The translations under genes and the position numbers were made by a program. The notes beneath the pieces are model-generated. The model ran no database searches. It saw only the letters and a list, made by a program, of their open reading frames with translations, and had not been told where the DNA came from. A stretch of DNA of 64,000 nucleotides from a virus, in the IMG/VR virus record IMGVR_UViG_3300031088_000734; one strand, written 5' to 3'. Shown here in pieces: positions 9,755 to 19,789 of this stretch (positions within the stretch are counted from its first letter, which is position 1; the number at the start of each line of letters is the position of its first letter).

Positions 9755-10423
9755 ATGTCAAATACAGACTCAAAAAATATTAGCGGGATTGAAGGTGTGT
9801 TTGTTACTCTTTTATTTTCATTCCTAGGCTACATTGTTTCCAGTTTCATCGTTTTTATCGCATCAATCAATTACCTTGACCAACCTATCAGTTCAAGTTT
9901 TGCTTGGAATGTTTTGGTTGCTAATCTTATAGTATTGTTTTGTATTCTTCTATTCCTACATACAGCCCCTGTATCAAAAGTAATAGGTCTATTAATCTTT
10001 TTCTCAGTTAGTTTTTATTTGGGGACATATAAGCAGTCTATTTGTCACTATTATCTCAATGCTGGGACTTATATGAATCCAGAACTCTATCCAGAAAATT
10101 CTAACCAACGTAAGCTGGTTACTGATATCATTGCACATAAAGATATTTCTTTATTAGGTAAGTATGACATCACTTATTTTACGAAGGCTGATATCAATAA
10201 GTTAGGTAATATGACCAATTTCTTAATGACCTATGGTCAACGTAATGAACAAATGAAACTTTATGACACCAAATTTAAAGAATTGTTGAATTCTCAGTTT
10301 TTAACAGAATGGGATTACACACAGTTTGAAAACGAAGTGGTGGCCTACTTAACCAGTAGTGATACTGCTTTAAAACAAAACGAAAGCGTTTCAATGATTC
10401 ACACAATAAAATTTGGAGCTTGA
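9755..10423 (+). CDS. multi-TM membrane protein
   Basis: GAGG SD; three hydrophobic helices then a soluble domain. Confidence 0.75.
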   Translation: MSNTDSKNISGIEGVFVTLLFSFLGYIVSSFIVFIASINYLDQPISSSFAWNVLVANLIVLFCILLFLHTAPVSKVIGLLIFFSVSFYLGTYKQSICHYYLNAGTYMNPELYPENSNQRKLVTDIIAHKDISLLGKYDITYFTKADINKLGNMTNFLMTYGQRNEQMKLYDTKFKELLNSQFLTEWDYTQFENEVVAYLTSSDTALKQNESVSMIHTIKFGA

Positions 10424-10426
10424 TTT

Positions 10427-11236
10427 ATGAACATTTTAAAATTTTCAGTTGTCCTTTTACTTGCTATCTGTTTCTGTATTCTTGGTGGATACGGAATAGG
10501 GAATATTTATTACGAGTCACTTATTTCTGATTATGGATATAGATTTGGTAGTGGGAATAGTCTTCTATTACTGGCATTTTGTTCATTTGTTGGATTAATA
10601 ACTTTTGCACAAGCTTGCTCATTTTTAGATAAACCTAAAAAATGGATCTTATGGCTGATAGCTATTGTGATTATTTTTTCACCTATTGTTTATTTTACAA
10701 CAAGCTCATTGAGTAAAGACGATAAAGTCTACCAACAAGCTCTTATTAATTATGGTTCTCGATTCAATGTGTTACTTTCAAAGACAGAAAATGATTTGAA
10801 AAAACATCCTGATTATATTGCTTATAAATATCAACTTGATAATTTTGAAAAAGATAAAGAAAGTCGAGCCGCTTACGTGACACTTCTTAATGAAAAAGTT
10901 GATAAATATAATAAATATTTAGGCGAACAACCTTCTGGTCTATCCTATTCAGCCAGTCGTTATTATATCTATGGCTCTGATTTTAGTAAATTCGTCATGA
11001 GGTATAAAGGGGTTCAAGACCCAGTGATTCAAAAAGAACTCTATGAAATTACTAAAAGTGGTGTTGTTTCTTATAACGATATGATGGACTTTCAAACAAA
11101 GTTTGTAGACGACTACAAGAAAGTAATCAACAAAGATAGTAATGTGACTGAGCCATCCGTAGTTCCTGTTGTAGTTGAACCATCAGCCGATGAAGAAAAC
11201 AAAGAATCAACTGTTGTAAATAAGCAGCCTTCCTAA
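10427..11236 (+). CDS. multi-TM membrane protein
   Basis: Three hydrophobic helices, soluble domain, acidic/Pro tail. Confidence 0.75.
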   Translation: MNILKFSVVLLLAICFCILGGYGIGNIYYESLISDYGYRFGSGNSLLLLAFCSFVGLITFAQACSFLDKPKKWILWLIAIVIIFSPIVYFTTSSLSKDDKVYQQALINYGSRFNVLLSKTENDLKKHPDYIAYKYQLDNFEKDKESRAAYVTLLNEKVDKYNKYLGEQPSGLSYSASRYYIYGSDFSKFVMRYKGVQDPVIQKELYEITKSGVVSYNDMMDFQTKFVDDYKKVINKDSNVTEPSVVPVVVEPSADEENKESTVVNKQPS

Positions 11237-11365
11237 TCTTCAACTGTTCAACTTATCATTTTAAATTAAATAAATGCCTTTAAATAGGCATTTTTCTATA
11301 TAAAGATTGTAATTTTTAGCCATTGTGGTATAATAAACCAAATCAAAAAAAAGCGAGATACAATC

Positions 11366-12214
11366 ATGAATAACATCTATAAAGTTTGCATTAAACTCAA
11401 CTATTCACAAGAATCAGTCACCAAACAAGCCGAAATCACTAAATTGATTTCTTTTATTCATGCAGTCATGAATAAAGCTGGTTGGCGTGAAGCGACTGAA
11501 TCCGATTCAGTGATTGATTATGTGTTCTCTATCGGCGGTGACGGCACCATGCTGCACACCATGCAAGATCATGTTGTCACCAAATCCATTGTCGTTGGTA
11601 TTAACGCTGGTAACGTAGGGTTCTTGACCCCTTACAACATTGAAAATGTCTACGACATGAGCGTCTTCAAATTCCTTGAAGAAAATGCTAATACCCGTGT
11701 TGAACATCGTAGCATTCTCAAACACAGTTTTGAAACCCGTTCCGAACAAGGTATGGCCGTGAACGAATACACTTTTACGGCTGACCAAGTGAACCACGTT
11801 CTGGACTTTTCTATTGAAGTTGATTACAAAGGTCAAGTCAGTAAAGCAGGTCACTACAAAGCGAACGCCTTGTTGATTTCTGGCCCTTGTGGTTCTACTG
11901 CTTATAACATGAACTCTGGCGGGGCGATTGTTGACCCGACTGTTCGTTGCATGCAGATTATGATGGTTGCTCCTACGATCTTGGGTATTCGTCCATTGAT
12001 TATTGGTCGTAACTCCATTATCCGTTTGAAGTTCCATAACAATGCAAAAGTTTTCATCGACGGTCAGCCACACACAGATATTCCAGTAACCGAAGACGAA
12101 ACATTCAGCATTGAATTACTGTCCGAAGAATCTCGTGTGCTGCTGCCTGATGAATTCAACTTTTACAGCATGCTTAGCACCAAACTTCACTGGAATAACG
12201 GGAGTGGTGTATGA
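11366..12214 (+). CDS. nadK: NAD(+) kinase
   Basis: SIGGDGT, GINAGNVGFL, NE motif, GSTAYNMNSGG. Confidence 0.9.
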   Translation: MNNIYKVCIKLNYSQESVTKQAEITKLISFIHAVMNKAGWREATESDSVIDYVFSIGGDGTMLHTMQDHVVTKSIVVGINAGNVGFLTPYNIENVYDMSVFKFLEENANTRVEHRSILKHSFETRSEQGMAVNEYTFTADQVNHVLDFSIEVDYKGQVSKAGHYKANALLISGPCGSTAYNMNSGGAIVDPTVRCMQIMMVAPTILGIRPLIIGRNSIIRLKFHNNAKVFIDGQPHTDIPVTEDETFSIELLSEESRVLLPDEFNFYSMLSTKLHWNNGSGV

Positions 12215-12450
12215 GTGATTATGATGAGGCAAAAGCTGCAGGATTAACCGATGTTGATCGTTGGTCAGAAGGTGTTGAACATCACCCGATGTCCGAACGA
12301 TTGATGGCTTTTCTCGAAGCTCATGACTTTAAAGACTATGCTGATTATTTTGGTTGGAAAGTCGGTGGTGATGGCGATAATGGTGAAACATTGATGTATC
12401 AAATGGACGCCTTCTTTGAACTGTTGGATAAACAGAAACCTCAACCATAA
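12211..12450 (+). CDS. conserved phage-type hypothetical protein
   Basis: ATGA coupling to nadK; FGWKVGGDGDNGETLMY motif. Confidence 0.75.
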   Translation: MSDYDEAKAAGLTDVDRWSEGVEHHPMSERLMAFLEAHDFKDYADYFGWKVGGDGDNGETLMYQMDAFFELLDKQKPQP

Positions 12451-12476
12451 GATTTTAATAAGAAATAAGTTAAAAG

Positions 12477-12503
12477 AAAAGGTGACTATCAAAGTCACCT
12501 TTT
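12477..12503. terminator. bidirectional terminator between convergent genes
   Basis: AAAAGGTGAC-tatcaaa-GTCACCTTTT. Confidence 0.8.
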
Positions 12504-12509
12504 TTGTTG

Positions 12510-12956
12510 TTACGATATTTTTAAACCACTGTATGGATATCCTGAGAATCCTGCTGGTATGTTATTCTTATCTAACGTAAAGGCTGCACCATTGAAACAA
12601 TCATTAAACAATGTGTGTTGAGTGGCTTGTGGATCATGAGACATCCTGTATGCCTTAACCAGTCCTGTTTTGCTGGCTTTAATGACCAGTGGAATACCAT
12701 AGCCATTGTTATTAGGATGATAATCAAAAGCGGCATACAAGTAACCTTGTTTCAGAATTTTTTTCAAATCTTTATCATCAACAAAGACAGTAACACATTG
12801 ACCTTGTTGAACTGAATCTTTAACACTTAATCCAGTTATTCTTTTCTGGATACGATCTTCAATTATATCAAAAGCCGCTTGCTCAGTTAAGCAAATAGTT
12901 TCAATACAGGTGATACCGTTGTGTTGTTGCATTAAAACCGTAAGTTGTCCCATCAT
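12510..12956 (-). CDS. hypothetical protein
   Basis: 148-aa ORF with AGGAG SD on the minus strand. Confidence 0.75.
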   Translation of the reverse strand: MMGQLTVLMQQHNGITCIETICLTEQAAFDIIEDRIQKRITGLSVKDSVQQGQCVTVFVDDKDLKKILKQGYLYAAFDYHPNNNGYGIPLVIKASKTGLVKAYRMSHDPQATQHTLFNDCFNGAAFTLDKNNIPAGFSGYPYSGLKIS

Positions 12957-12966
12957 TTTCTCCTAA

Positions 12967-13686
12967 TTAGATAACAAGCATTTCAACCACTTTTAAAGCT
13001 GCTTTGGTTCTTCTTGGCATATTGAACTCTTCTTTTAAGTAGAGGTCATAGAAACAGTGTTCAAATGCTTTCATTGAACTCTTTTCTAACGTAATCTCTT
13101 TGTATGAAGTTTTAGTTATCCTACCATCTGTTGTTTTTGAAGTTGTTTTGTAATAATCTAACTTAACTGTATCATCATTATCCAGCAAATCTGTTGAAAA
13201 AGAAACCAAACTTCCATTGAATTTAAATGTTGAATTTAAATAAACAGTATTCTTTTTAATGTGTATCGGGATTGGTATCGTATTAACATTGAACAATGCT
13301 TCATAAGCTAGATGTTCAAGATTCTCATATTTTCTTTTCATTTGAAATTTTGATGTTAAATTGTATGTTTTAATTATATTAGCTAATGCACATTGAATTT
13401 TTTTAATTTTTTCAAAATTCAATAAATGTTTCAAACTTTTTGCAGGCACATCTCTAAGGATTATTCTATTATGTTCTGGATTGTAGTTGATTGTTAATTT
13501 TTCCCGATATTGTGTTACGATATCTATACTTATTAACAGCCCATGTCCAATCTTGTTTTGGCTGATATCATAATGTTCGAACAACAATTTATCATCAAAG
13601 ATGGTTCTGAGTTGTTGTGTAATGACTTCAAACTGTTCCTCTTTTGAAAGATATTGAAACGTCAATGAATTAAGTTTTGTAATCAT
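12967..13686 (-). CDS. hypothetical protein, C-terminal M-x-x-I family
   Basis: GAGG SD; ends EMLVI. Confidence 0.85.
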   Translation of the reverse strand: MITKLNSLTFQYLSKEEQFEVITQQLRTIFDDKLLFEHYDISQNKIGHGLLISIDIVTQYREKLTINYNPEHNRIILRDVPAKSLKHLLNFEKIKKIQCALANIIKTYNLTSKFQMKRKYENLEHLAYEALFNVNTIPIPIHIKKNTVYLNSTFKFNGSLVSFSTDLLDNDDTVKLDYYKTTSKTTDGRITKTSYKEITLEKSSMKAFEHCFYDLYLKEEFNMPRRTKAALKVVEMLVI

Positions 13687-13699
13687 AATTATTTGTTCC

Positions 13700-14449
13700 T
13701 CAATATTTCAACATTTCAATTGTTTTCAAACTATCTTTATTGAAATCTTTAATGGTTTGAAAAGATTCTGCCATGTATTTTTTAACGTCATCAAAACTGT
13801 ATTCAGTGTTTTTAATACCTTTGTGGTCAAATACAACTTCATTATTGATGTAAGTATACATTTCATTACTAAACTTGGTTTTGTTATCGAGATAGATTAT
13901 TTTTGTAGTGTCATTTACAAAATTTTTGTAACGAACTTTAAATTTACTTTTAAAATTTTTAAAAATATTCACTATGGAATCATCAAAAAACAGTGTGTAT
14001 TCTGGTTTGTCATCTATATTCTTGATGAAATCATTTTTAGTGACAATATCTCTAGCTACTTTAAATTCATAAGCATAGAGCAACACAATTCCAACCGCCA
14101 CCAAAAGGCTTGATGTTACACCGAACGTGTAGTTGCCTTGACCAACACCTGTCATAAATGAGCAAACACCTACAACAAAAAAATTAGTAACAGAACGAAT
14201 GACCATTGCTTTGGACAGCAACAGATAGATATAGATAATTAAATTACCCAAAAAGAAAGCAAGCCCCGTCAAAGCCAAGTATTTATTCTCGCTATGTTGA
14301 TATTGACCATAAGCAGCCAACAACCCCAGAAGACTGACAATCAGGTAAGGTTGAAAGACAATCGACAATTTTGCCTTAGTATTAAAATTCATCAGATAAG
14401 CCTCTTGATTATGTGTCGTTATTCTAGCATTTATAGCTTCATTAATCAA
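13700..14449 (-). CDS. membrane protein (about 4 TM) with the C-terminal M-x-x-Y tag
   Basis: Four hydrophobic helices in the N-half; ends EMLKY. Confidence 0.8.
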   Translation of the reverse strand: MINEAINARITTHNQEAYLMNFNTKAKLSIVFQPYLIVSLLGLLAAYGQYQHSENKYLALTGLAFFLGNLIIYIYLLLSKAMVIRSVTNFFVVGVCSFMTGVGQGNYTFGVTSSLLVAVGIVLLYAYEFKVARDIVTKNDFIKNIDDKPEYTLFFDDSIVNIFKNFKSKFKVRYKNFVNDTTKIIYLDNKTKFSNEMYTYINNEVVFDHKGIKNTEYSFDDVKKYMAESFQTIKDFNKDSLKTIEMLKY

Positions 14450-14513
14450 GAAAAAGCTTGATTTGTGTGGTCTATTTTGCTATTATTTACAAAATCATTT
14501 AGAGATTGCTATC

Positions 14514-15212
14514 ATGAGCACTATTAAAACATCCAAGCAAAAATATCCCAAGACCTACCATGTTCCTTGGAGCTTGGCTATTCAATCCGATGACAGGGTT
14601 TTTAAATCCATGAGCCACTTTCATGGCAAATTCATTGTTGCTACTGAAAAACTTGATGGTGAAAACACCACCTTGTCTTCAACCTACTATCATGCTCGTA
14701 GCCTTGATAGCACGTTCAACTGGACTCGTTCTTGGGTGGCGACTATGCACGCTTGTCTTCGATATGACATTCCAGAAGGTATGAAGCTGGTGGGCGAGAA
14801 CTTGTTTGCTAAGCACGCGATTGAATATCCAGACTATTCACTGGAAGGGTATTTCTATCTTTTCTCGATGTGGGAAGATATTATTGGCAGTGAAGATGAC
14901 TATTGCCTTGATTACGACGATATTGTGAGCTATGCCAATCTGTTTGATTTGCCTATGCCAAAAGTGCTGTATCGTGGTATTTACGATGAAGTCGCCTTAC
15001 AGAAGATTGCTAATGAGCTGGATACTTCTCGTTGTGAAGGTTATGTTATTCGCACGGTTGATGGTTTCATGCGGAGTGAGTTTACCAAATGTGTGGCAAA
15101 ATTTGTTCGTGCTAACCATGTACAAGATACTTCTGAGCATTGGTTGAAAAGTGCTGTTCAGAATGGTAAACTACCACTTACTGTCCGTCCAAGCTATATG
15201 GGGAAAATTTAA
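14514..15212 (+). CDS. ATP-dependent RNA ligase family protein
   Basis: Motif I TEKLDGEN, GENLF, EGYVIR, KFVRANH. Confidence 0.8.
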   Translation: MSTIKTSKQKYPKTYHVPWSLAIQSDDRVFKSMSHFHGKFIVATEKLDGENTTLSSTYYHARSLDSTFNWTRSWVATMHACLRYDIPEGMKLVGENLFAKHAIEYPDYSLEGYFYLFSMWEDIIGSEDDYCLDYDDIVSYANLFDLPMPKVLYRGIYDEVALQKIANELDTSRCEGYVIRTVDGFMRSEFTKCVAKFVRANHVQDTSEHWLKSAVQNGKLPLTVRPSYMGKI

Positions 15213-15635
15213 ATGTCTTCTATTGAAACCTATTTAAGCAATGTTAAAAATTCACTGGATGAGTTTCGTTTTGTGAGTGGCGACTGTCATAACTTGGCAG
15301 TTGCTCTTCATAAACTCTTTCAAGGTGAACTTTGTGCTATTATTCGAGAAGAGTTTGATGAGGATGGCGAGCCTTACTCAACAACTTACTCCCATATGTT
15401 GTTTATTGACGGCCAAGGTGTTGAATGGGATATCGACGGTAGCGGTGCTGATGAACGTTGGGTTGAACAATGGCCGGAAGACGGTGATGAAGACGGACAC
15501 ACTTCGGAATTCAGCTATGTCGCTTTGCTAATTGAAGATCTGCCTGAGTTTTTGAGCAAGCATCGCTGCAAACTTAACGATGAACTCATAAAAGAATTGT
15601 TAATCTTGAATGAACCTGTTATAATGACAGTGTAA
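15213..15635 (+). CDS. acidic protein with a putative papain-like Cys-His-Asp triad
   Basis: SGDCHNLAVAL...YSHMLF...WDIDG; abuts the ligase stop. Confidence 0.55.
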   Translation: MSSIETYLSNVKNSLDEFRFVSGDCHNLAVALHKLFQGELCAIIREEFDEDGEPYSTTYSHMLFIDGQGVEWDIDGSGADERWVEQWPEDGDEDGHTSEFSYVALLIEDLPEFLSKHRCKLNDELIKELLILNEPVIMTV

Positions 15636-15656
15636 TCAATTAATAGGAGTATCATC

Positions 15657-15866
15657 ATGAGCGAACAAAATGTAGTTGGCATTCCTTACAAAGACCCTGA
15701 ATCCTTTTTTAAGTTGAGGGCTATGATTGGTGGTATTTATGATTCGATGAATCGTGACAACCAGCCCAACACCAGTAATAATCATGTTGGTAGCTTTCTT
15801 GATCCTGCATTGGCTGATTTCATGAACAGTCCTGCGTCCCCATCCAACTCTTTCTTTGGTAAATAA
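15657..15866 (+). CDS. small hypothetical protein
   Basis: AGGAG SD. Confidence 0.65.
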   Translation: MSEQNVVGIPYKDPESFFKLRAMIGGIYDSMNRDNQPNTSNNHVGSFLDPALADFMNSPASPSNSFFGK

Positions 15867-15868
15867 TT

Positions 15869-16054
15869 ATGAGTAGCAAATACGCTAAAAAACTTGCTAA
15901 AATGAGCCATACAGACCGCCGTAAAGAACAGTTTAAGCCTAAATATTCTTATTGTTCTAATTGTGGTCGTGAATCAAGTATTCCTGATAAACATTTAACT
16001 TTTTCTAAGTGCTATTGTGGTGGTACTTATCAATCTTATCGTCCATCTGTTTAA
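15869..16054 (+). CDS. small zinc-ribbon protein
   Basis: CSNC...CYC; basic N-terminus. Confidence 0.65.
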   Translation: MSSKYAKKLAKMSHTDRRKEQFKPKYSYCSNCGRESSIPDKHLTFSKCYCGGTYQSYRPSV

Positions 16055-16074
16055 CTTATTGGAGTCTATTTATC

Positions 16075-17157
16075 ATGCAGTTTAATTCTATCTATGAAAA
16101 CTTGGATACAAGACTGACAGCACATCTTAACGAAAATAATGTTTTGGAAGTGCCATTTGTTAATCAAGATCCACCACAACTTATTTCTCCTAACGAGTTT
16201 TTTCTTCGTCCAAACAAATTGTTTAAATTTTACACGATTTCTGCAAATCCGTTGAGCATTTTGAAAAACATTCTGTCTTTGAGTGATTCTACACTTGATC
16301 GTTTTGAAACGTTCTTGAACAATATTGGCCCAGTGTTCATTAATGATTTTTCCGTTGATGCATTCAATGAACGGCAGAATCTTGTTAAGGTTTTTGTTGG
16401 TGAGAATGCCAGTAAAAATAATTTTTTTGCCATTGGTTTTGAGAAACATGATTTCCATTTACATGTTACCGAAGAAGGTATGAAATTTTCTGCACATTAT
16501 AGTGACTTAACCACTGCTAGACGACATCCATCTGGTGACGCTAACATTGATTTTGAACTTGCTCTGGATGATTTCATTGTTTACTTAACTCAGCTTACCG
16601 GCATGCCTGTTGATTCAGAATTTTCGGCTCATCTTTCTTTTTTAAAGACAGAACAAAGAATTAACAAGTTATTGATTCATAAAAATGTTGTTGATATTTC
16701 ATATGTTAATAAAATTGCAATTGAGCATTCAATTGCTAATTATAAGCCTCGAGATACTATTGAAGTAAATGAGGCTACCATTTATTTTAGTAAAGAAGAT
16801 GCAAAGGGATTGCTCATTGCATTAAGAAAGTTATTTACTAATCAAAGCTATGATGTGCTGGTTAATATTGTCACTGCTGTAACCAACTATCAAAAATCTA
16901 TTGGTTCAGTTGATAAATTTAAAATTCATTTTCCTGTAAAAGATATTTTCTATGATATCAGCAAGCTACCTTTCATTGTACTTTACCTGAATGAAAAATA
17001 TCAAATCGGTTTTTCAGTGAATGGTTTCTCATTTACCAATAACGCTATCGTCCATCATGTTCCTGACTACAAACGCTTGCCTAGTGTGTTATCTACTATT
17101 CTGGAAGAGCGTTCCCGTGTTGTTGATATGGATAGACTGACCGCACCATTGACCTGA
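16075..17157 (+). CDS. hypothetical protein
   Basis: GGAG SD before ATG 16075; terminator at about 17178-17204. Confidence 0.8.
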   Translation: MQFNSIYENLDTRLTAHLNENNVLEVPFVNQDPPQLISPNEFFLRPNKLFKFYTISANPLSILKNILSLSDSTLDRFETFLNNIGPVFINDFSVDAFNERQNLVKVFVGENASKNNFFAIGFEKHDFHLHVTEEGMKFSAHYSDLTTARRHPSGDANIDFELALDDFIVYLTQLTGMPVDSEFSAHLSFLKTEQRINKLLIHKNVVDISYVNKIAIEHSIANYKPRDTIEVNEATIYFSKEDAKGLLIALRKLFTNQSYDVLVNIVTAVTNYQKSIGSVDKFKIHFPVKDIFYDISKLPFIVLYLNEKYQIGFSVNGFSFTNNAIVHHVPDYKRLPSVLSTILEERSRVVDMDRLTAPLT

Positions 17158-17219
17158 TGATGTGATTCTGTTATTATAAATGCCGCTTCGTGTGGCATTT
17201 TTTTTTTGGAGATTTTTGA

Positions 17220-17969
17220 ATGCGAGTTAGGATTGATTTAAAGACTATTGATCTGGTGAAGACATTTAACCCGAAGGTTAATGTCAACGATCTCTATTTG
17301 CCTGTTGAAAATGTCTATGAAAATCGTGAACCATCCGTTCGTAGAAAATCAGTGCGTCGTGGAAAGGATATTTATGAAGAATATGATTTCATTTTTTACT
17401 ATGCAAAAAGAAGTTTTGTTAATTTTAAAATATTGAGTGATAAAAATACTTACTATGTGATTGTTGATGGTGTTGTGATTACTGTCTCTCATGATATTGA
17501 GCTTGATTATAATTTCACGCTTCATGATTTGTTGGTAAAAGATTTCATTAATCAGTCAAAATACATTAATAACCTTCAAAAAGCTTCTATGATTAATCTT
17601 TACCTCACTCATTTACATAAGTCTTCAAAACACGCATTTAAATCAATTTTTGTTGATTTTTTTACTAATCGGCAGTTTAGCGACCGAAATGTACTAGCAG
17701 GTGGTGCATTAGTTCGTAATTTTGTTTGTGAATTTACTTATGCAGGGCATCGCTTTTCTCTTTATGCTCATTCTAGTAAAAATGAGATCTATGTTGAATA
17801 TTTATTTGCAGATTTTAAATTTAAAAGATCCTATCCAGCGTCATCTTGTAACATTGATAAATTTATTCTTGATTTTGTCAATGAGCATGAGTATAATTGT
17901 AAGACTGCCAAGGAAGCTGTTAAGCACCTTGATGATTTTATTTTGATTCGTAAAATGTCCAGTATTTAA
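17220..17969 (+). CDS. hypothetical protein, C-terminal M-x-x-I family
   Basis: GGAG SD; ends KMSSI. Confidence 0.85.
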   Translation: MRVRIDLKTIDLVKTFNPKVNVNDLYLPVENVYENREPSVRRKSVRRGKDIYEEYDFIFYYAKRSFVNFKILSDKNTYYVIVDGVVITVSHDIELDYNFTLHDLLVKDFINQSKYINNLQKASMINLYLTHLHKSSKHAFKSIFVDFFTNRQFSDRNVLAGGALVRNFVCEFTYAGHRFSLYAHSSKNEIYVEYLFADFKFKRSYPASSCNIDKFILDFVNEHEYNCKTAKEAVKHLDDFILIRKMSSI

Positions 17970-17997
17970 ATTAATTCAATTATTTTCGGGAGAGACT

Positions 17998-18369
17998 ATG
18001 AGTGACGCAAATAAAGCAAAAAAACTACTTGAAACCCATGATGCTTACTTTCGTTCGAAACACTGGTTTGCTGACACCCATGTGAAAACTGACGGCTTTC
18101 ATTTCAGTATTCGTAATCAACTCAATGGTTGCAGTATTGTCGATTGTTATCAGGCTCTTCAATTTCTGTATGAGTCTCTTCGTGAAGCCGATGAAGATGA
18201 TGCCCCAGCAAAGCCACGTTTGACTGATGAGGCTGTTTTGTTGCAGCATGGCTATGAGATGCTGAGTGAAAGTCCATTGGAAATTACATCTATCTCAGAG
18301 GATCATGTATTTGTCAGTGGGGAAGCGGCTGTCATTTTGCTTTCTTCTTTGCGTAGTATCACAAAATAA
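17998..18369 (+). CDS. hypothetical protein
   Basis: GGGAG SD; GYEMLSESPLEI motif; terminator follows. Confidence 0.8.
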   Translation: MSDANKAKKLLETHDAYFRSKHWFADTHVKTDGFHFSIRNQLNGCSIVDCYQALQFLYESLREADEDDAPAKPRLTDEAVLLQHGYEMLSESPLEITSISEDHVFVSGEAAVILLSSLRSITK

Positions 18370-18433
18370 AGGCTGCATAAGCCTTTTTATTGTGCTATAA
18401 TAGCCCTATCTTAAATCAGTGGAGTTAATTGCA

Positions 18434-18883
18434 ATGACAACTAAACGTAAAGCTTCTAATGCTTCGAAAGATGGTTTCATTAATCCATATACCAACTATG
18501 GTGCAGATGGTAAGCTTATTTCACTTGATTTTGAAAATAATGTTATTGAAAGAACTGAATATGATCATCCTTATTCGTTTTCCACTCGTTGCACTTGGGC
18601 TATTCTTGGTAAAAAACGTGAAGCGATTGAAAAGCTTGATACTCTGAGCGGTGTTTACAGTGATCGCTTGTTTCAAGCCGATTCTCTGGCATACAACATG
18701 GCTTGCCGCTCTGTATGGGGCAATGAAGGTCAGTATTTTGATTCACGCCGTCCAAAGGATGTTGAGAAAATGCTTCAACTCATCTACTCAAATCCAAAAT
18801 TGAAGCTGTATCGAATTCTTAAAGGTTGTAATGTGGGAAATGGTTATCCTGTTTGGTATTTTCATTACTACATCGAAAAATAA
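18434..18883 (+). CDS. conserved phage-type hypothetical protein
   Basis: GGAG SD, own promoter; HPYSF, VYSDRL, GQYF, CNVGNGYPVWYF motifs. Confidence 0.8.
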   Translation: MTTKRKASNASKDGFINPYTNYGADGKLISLDFENNVIERTEYDHPYSFSTRCTWAILGKKREAIEKLDTLSGVYSDRLFQADSLAYNMACRSVWGNEGQYFDSRRPKDVEKMLQLIYSNPKLKLYRILKGCNVGNGYPVWYFHYYIEK

Positions 18884-18991
18884 TAAACTATCCAGCGTGG
18901 TTATTTGGTTAACAAAAGAGGGCATTTGCTCTCTTTTTTTTATTGTTCTTTTATGATATAATAGAGCCATATTCGACATAGGTAAACAATT

Positions 18992-19741
18992 ATGAAAGCA
19001 CAAACACCAATGAGCGTTATGAAACCAGAACTGGATAAACTGAGAGCATTTTCTTTGTTGAATTTCTTTGCTCTCAATGGCCGACCTAAAAAAACCATCT
19101 ATGTCGGTAGTGAAGACTTTGGGCTTGAAAAGCTGGTATCTGGTGCTATCACGTTTGATTATATGGCAATTTTTGGTCTGGGTGGTCATATGACTCGGAC
19201 TGAGAAAGATCATGCTCGTTATGCTCAAAGTATGGCCGTTTGTATCAACTACAAAACAGAACAAACTGTTCGAGCCAGTGTGGTTCTCAGTACCGAAGGA
19301 AACATCGAGTATTCAAAATCGTATACAGTGCCAGAGTTCCGAAATATTCTTAAACACTTTATAGAAGACAATAAAGCTTGTCTTGATCGTAATGTGCTTT
19401 TGAATAATTATATTGCCGCTTTTGGTATCGTGACCAGTGCGTCTTTGAACAAAGCTGAATTGAATAAAATTAAAGAACACTATGTTAAAAAGGCAACCGA
19501 TTTGCAAAACACCAGAAATCGTGCAGAGCGTGCTCAGCATGATGCTCGTAAAGGTATCGCAAATGCTCAAACAGATACAGAGAAGGCTATTCATATTCAA
19601 CGTTTGAAAGAGTTGGTCGTGGTGGCTGACACTGCAGTAACCGAAATTCTGCATATTGTTAAACAGGAATCCAGAGATATTCCTGCAATTGCACGACATC
19701 ACTTTTTTCAAGAACTTGCAAAAGATAGAATTTACAATTAA
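18992..19741 (+). CDS. hypothetical protein with a C-terminal coiled coil
   Basis: 249-aa ORF between a promoter and a convergent terminator at about 19757-19785. Confidence 0.8.
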   Translation: MKAQTPMSVMKPELDKLRAFSLLNFFALNGRPKKTIYVGSEDFGLEKLVSGAITFDYMAIFGLGGHMTRTEKDHARYAQSMAVCINYKTEQTVRASVVLSTEGNIEYSKSYTVPEFRNILKHFIEDNKACLDRNVLLNNYIAAFGIVTSASLNKAELNKIKEHYVKKATDLQNTRNRAERAQHDARKGIANAQTDTEKAIHIQRLKELVVVADTAVTEILHIVKQESRDIPAIARHHFFQELAKDRIYN

Positions 19742-19789
19742 TCGTGTAGAAGATATAAAAAAGATGACTGATGTCATCTTTTTTGTTGT

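Noticed and set aside
12211-12450. GGDGD as a second NAD kinase fragment
   Set aside because: The surrounding sequence lacks all other NadK motifs; it looks like a separate small conserved protein
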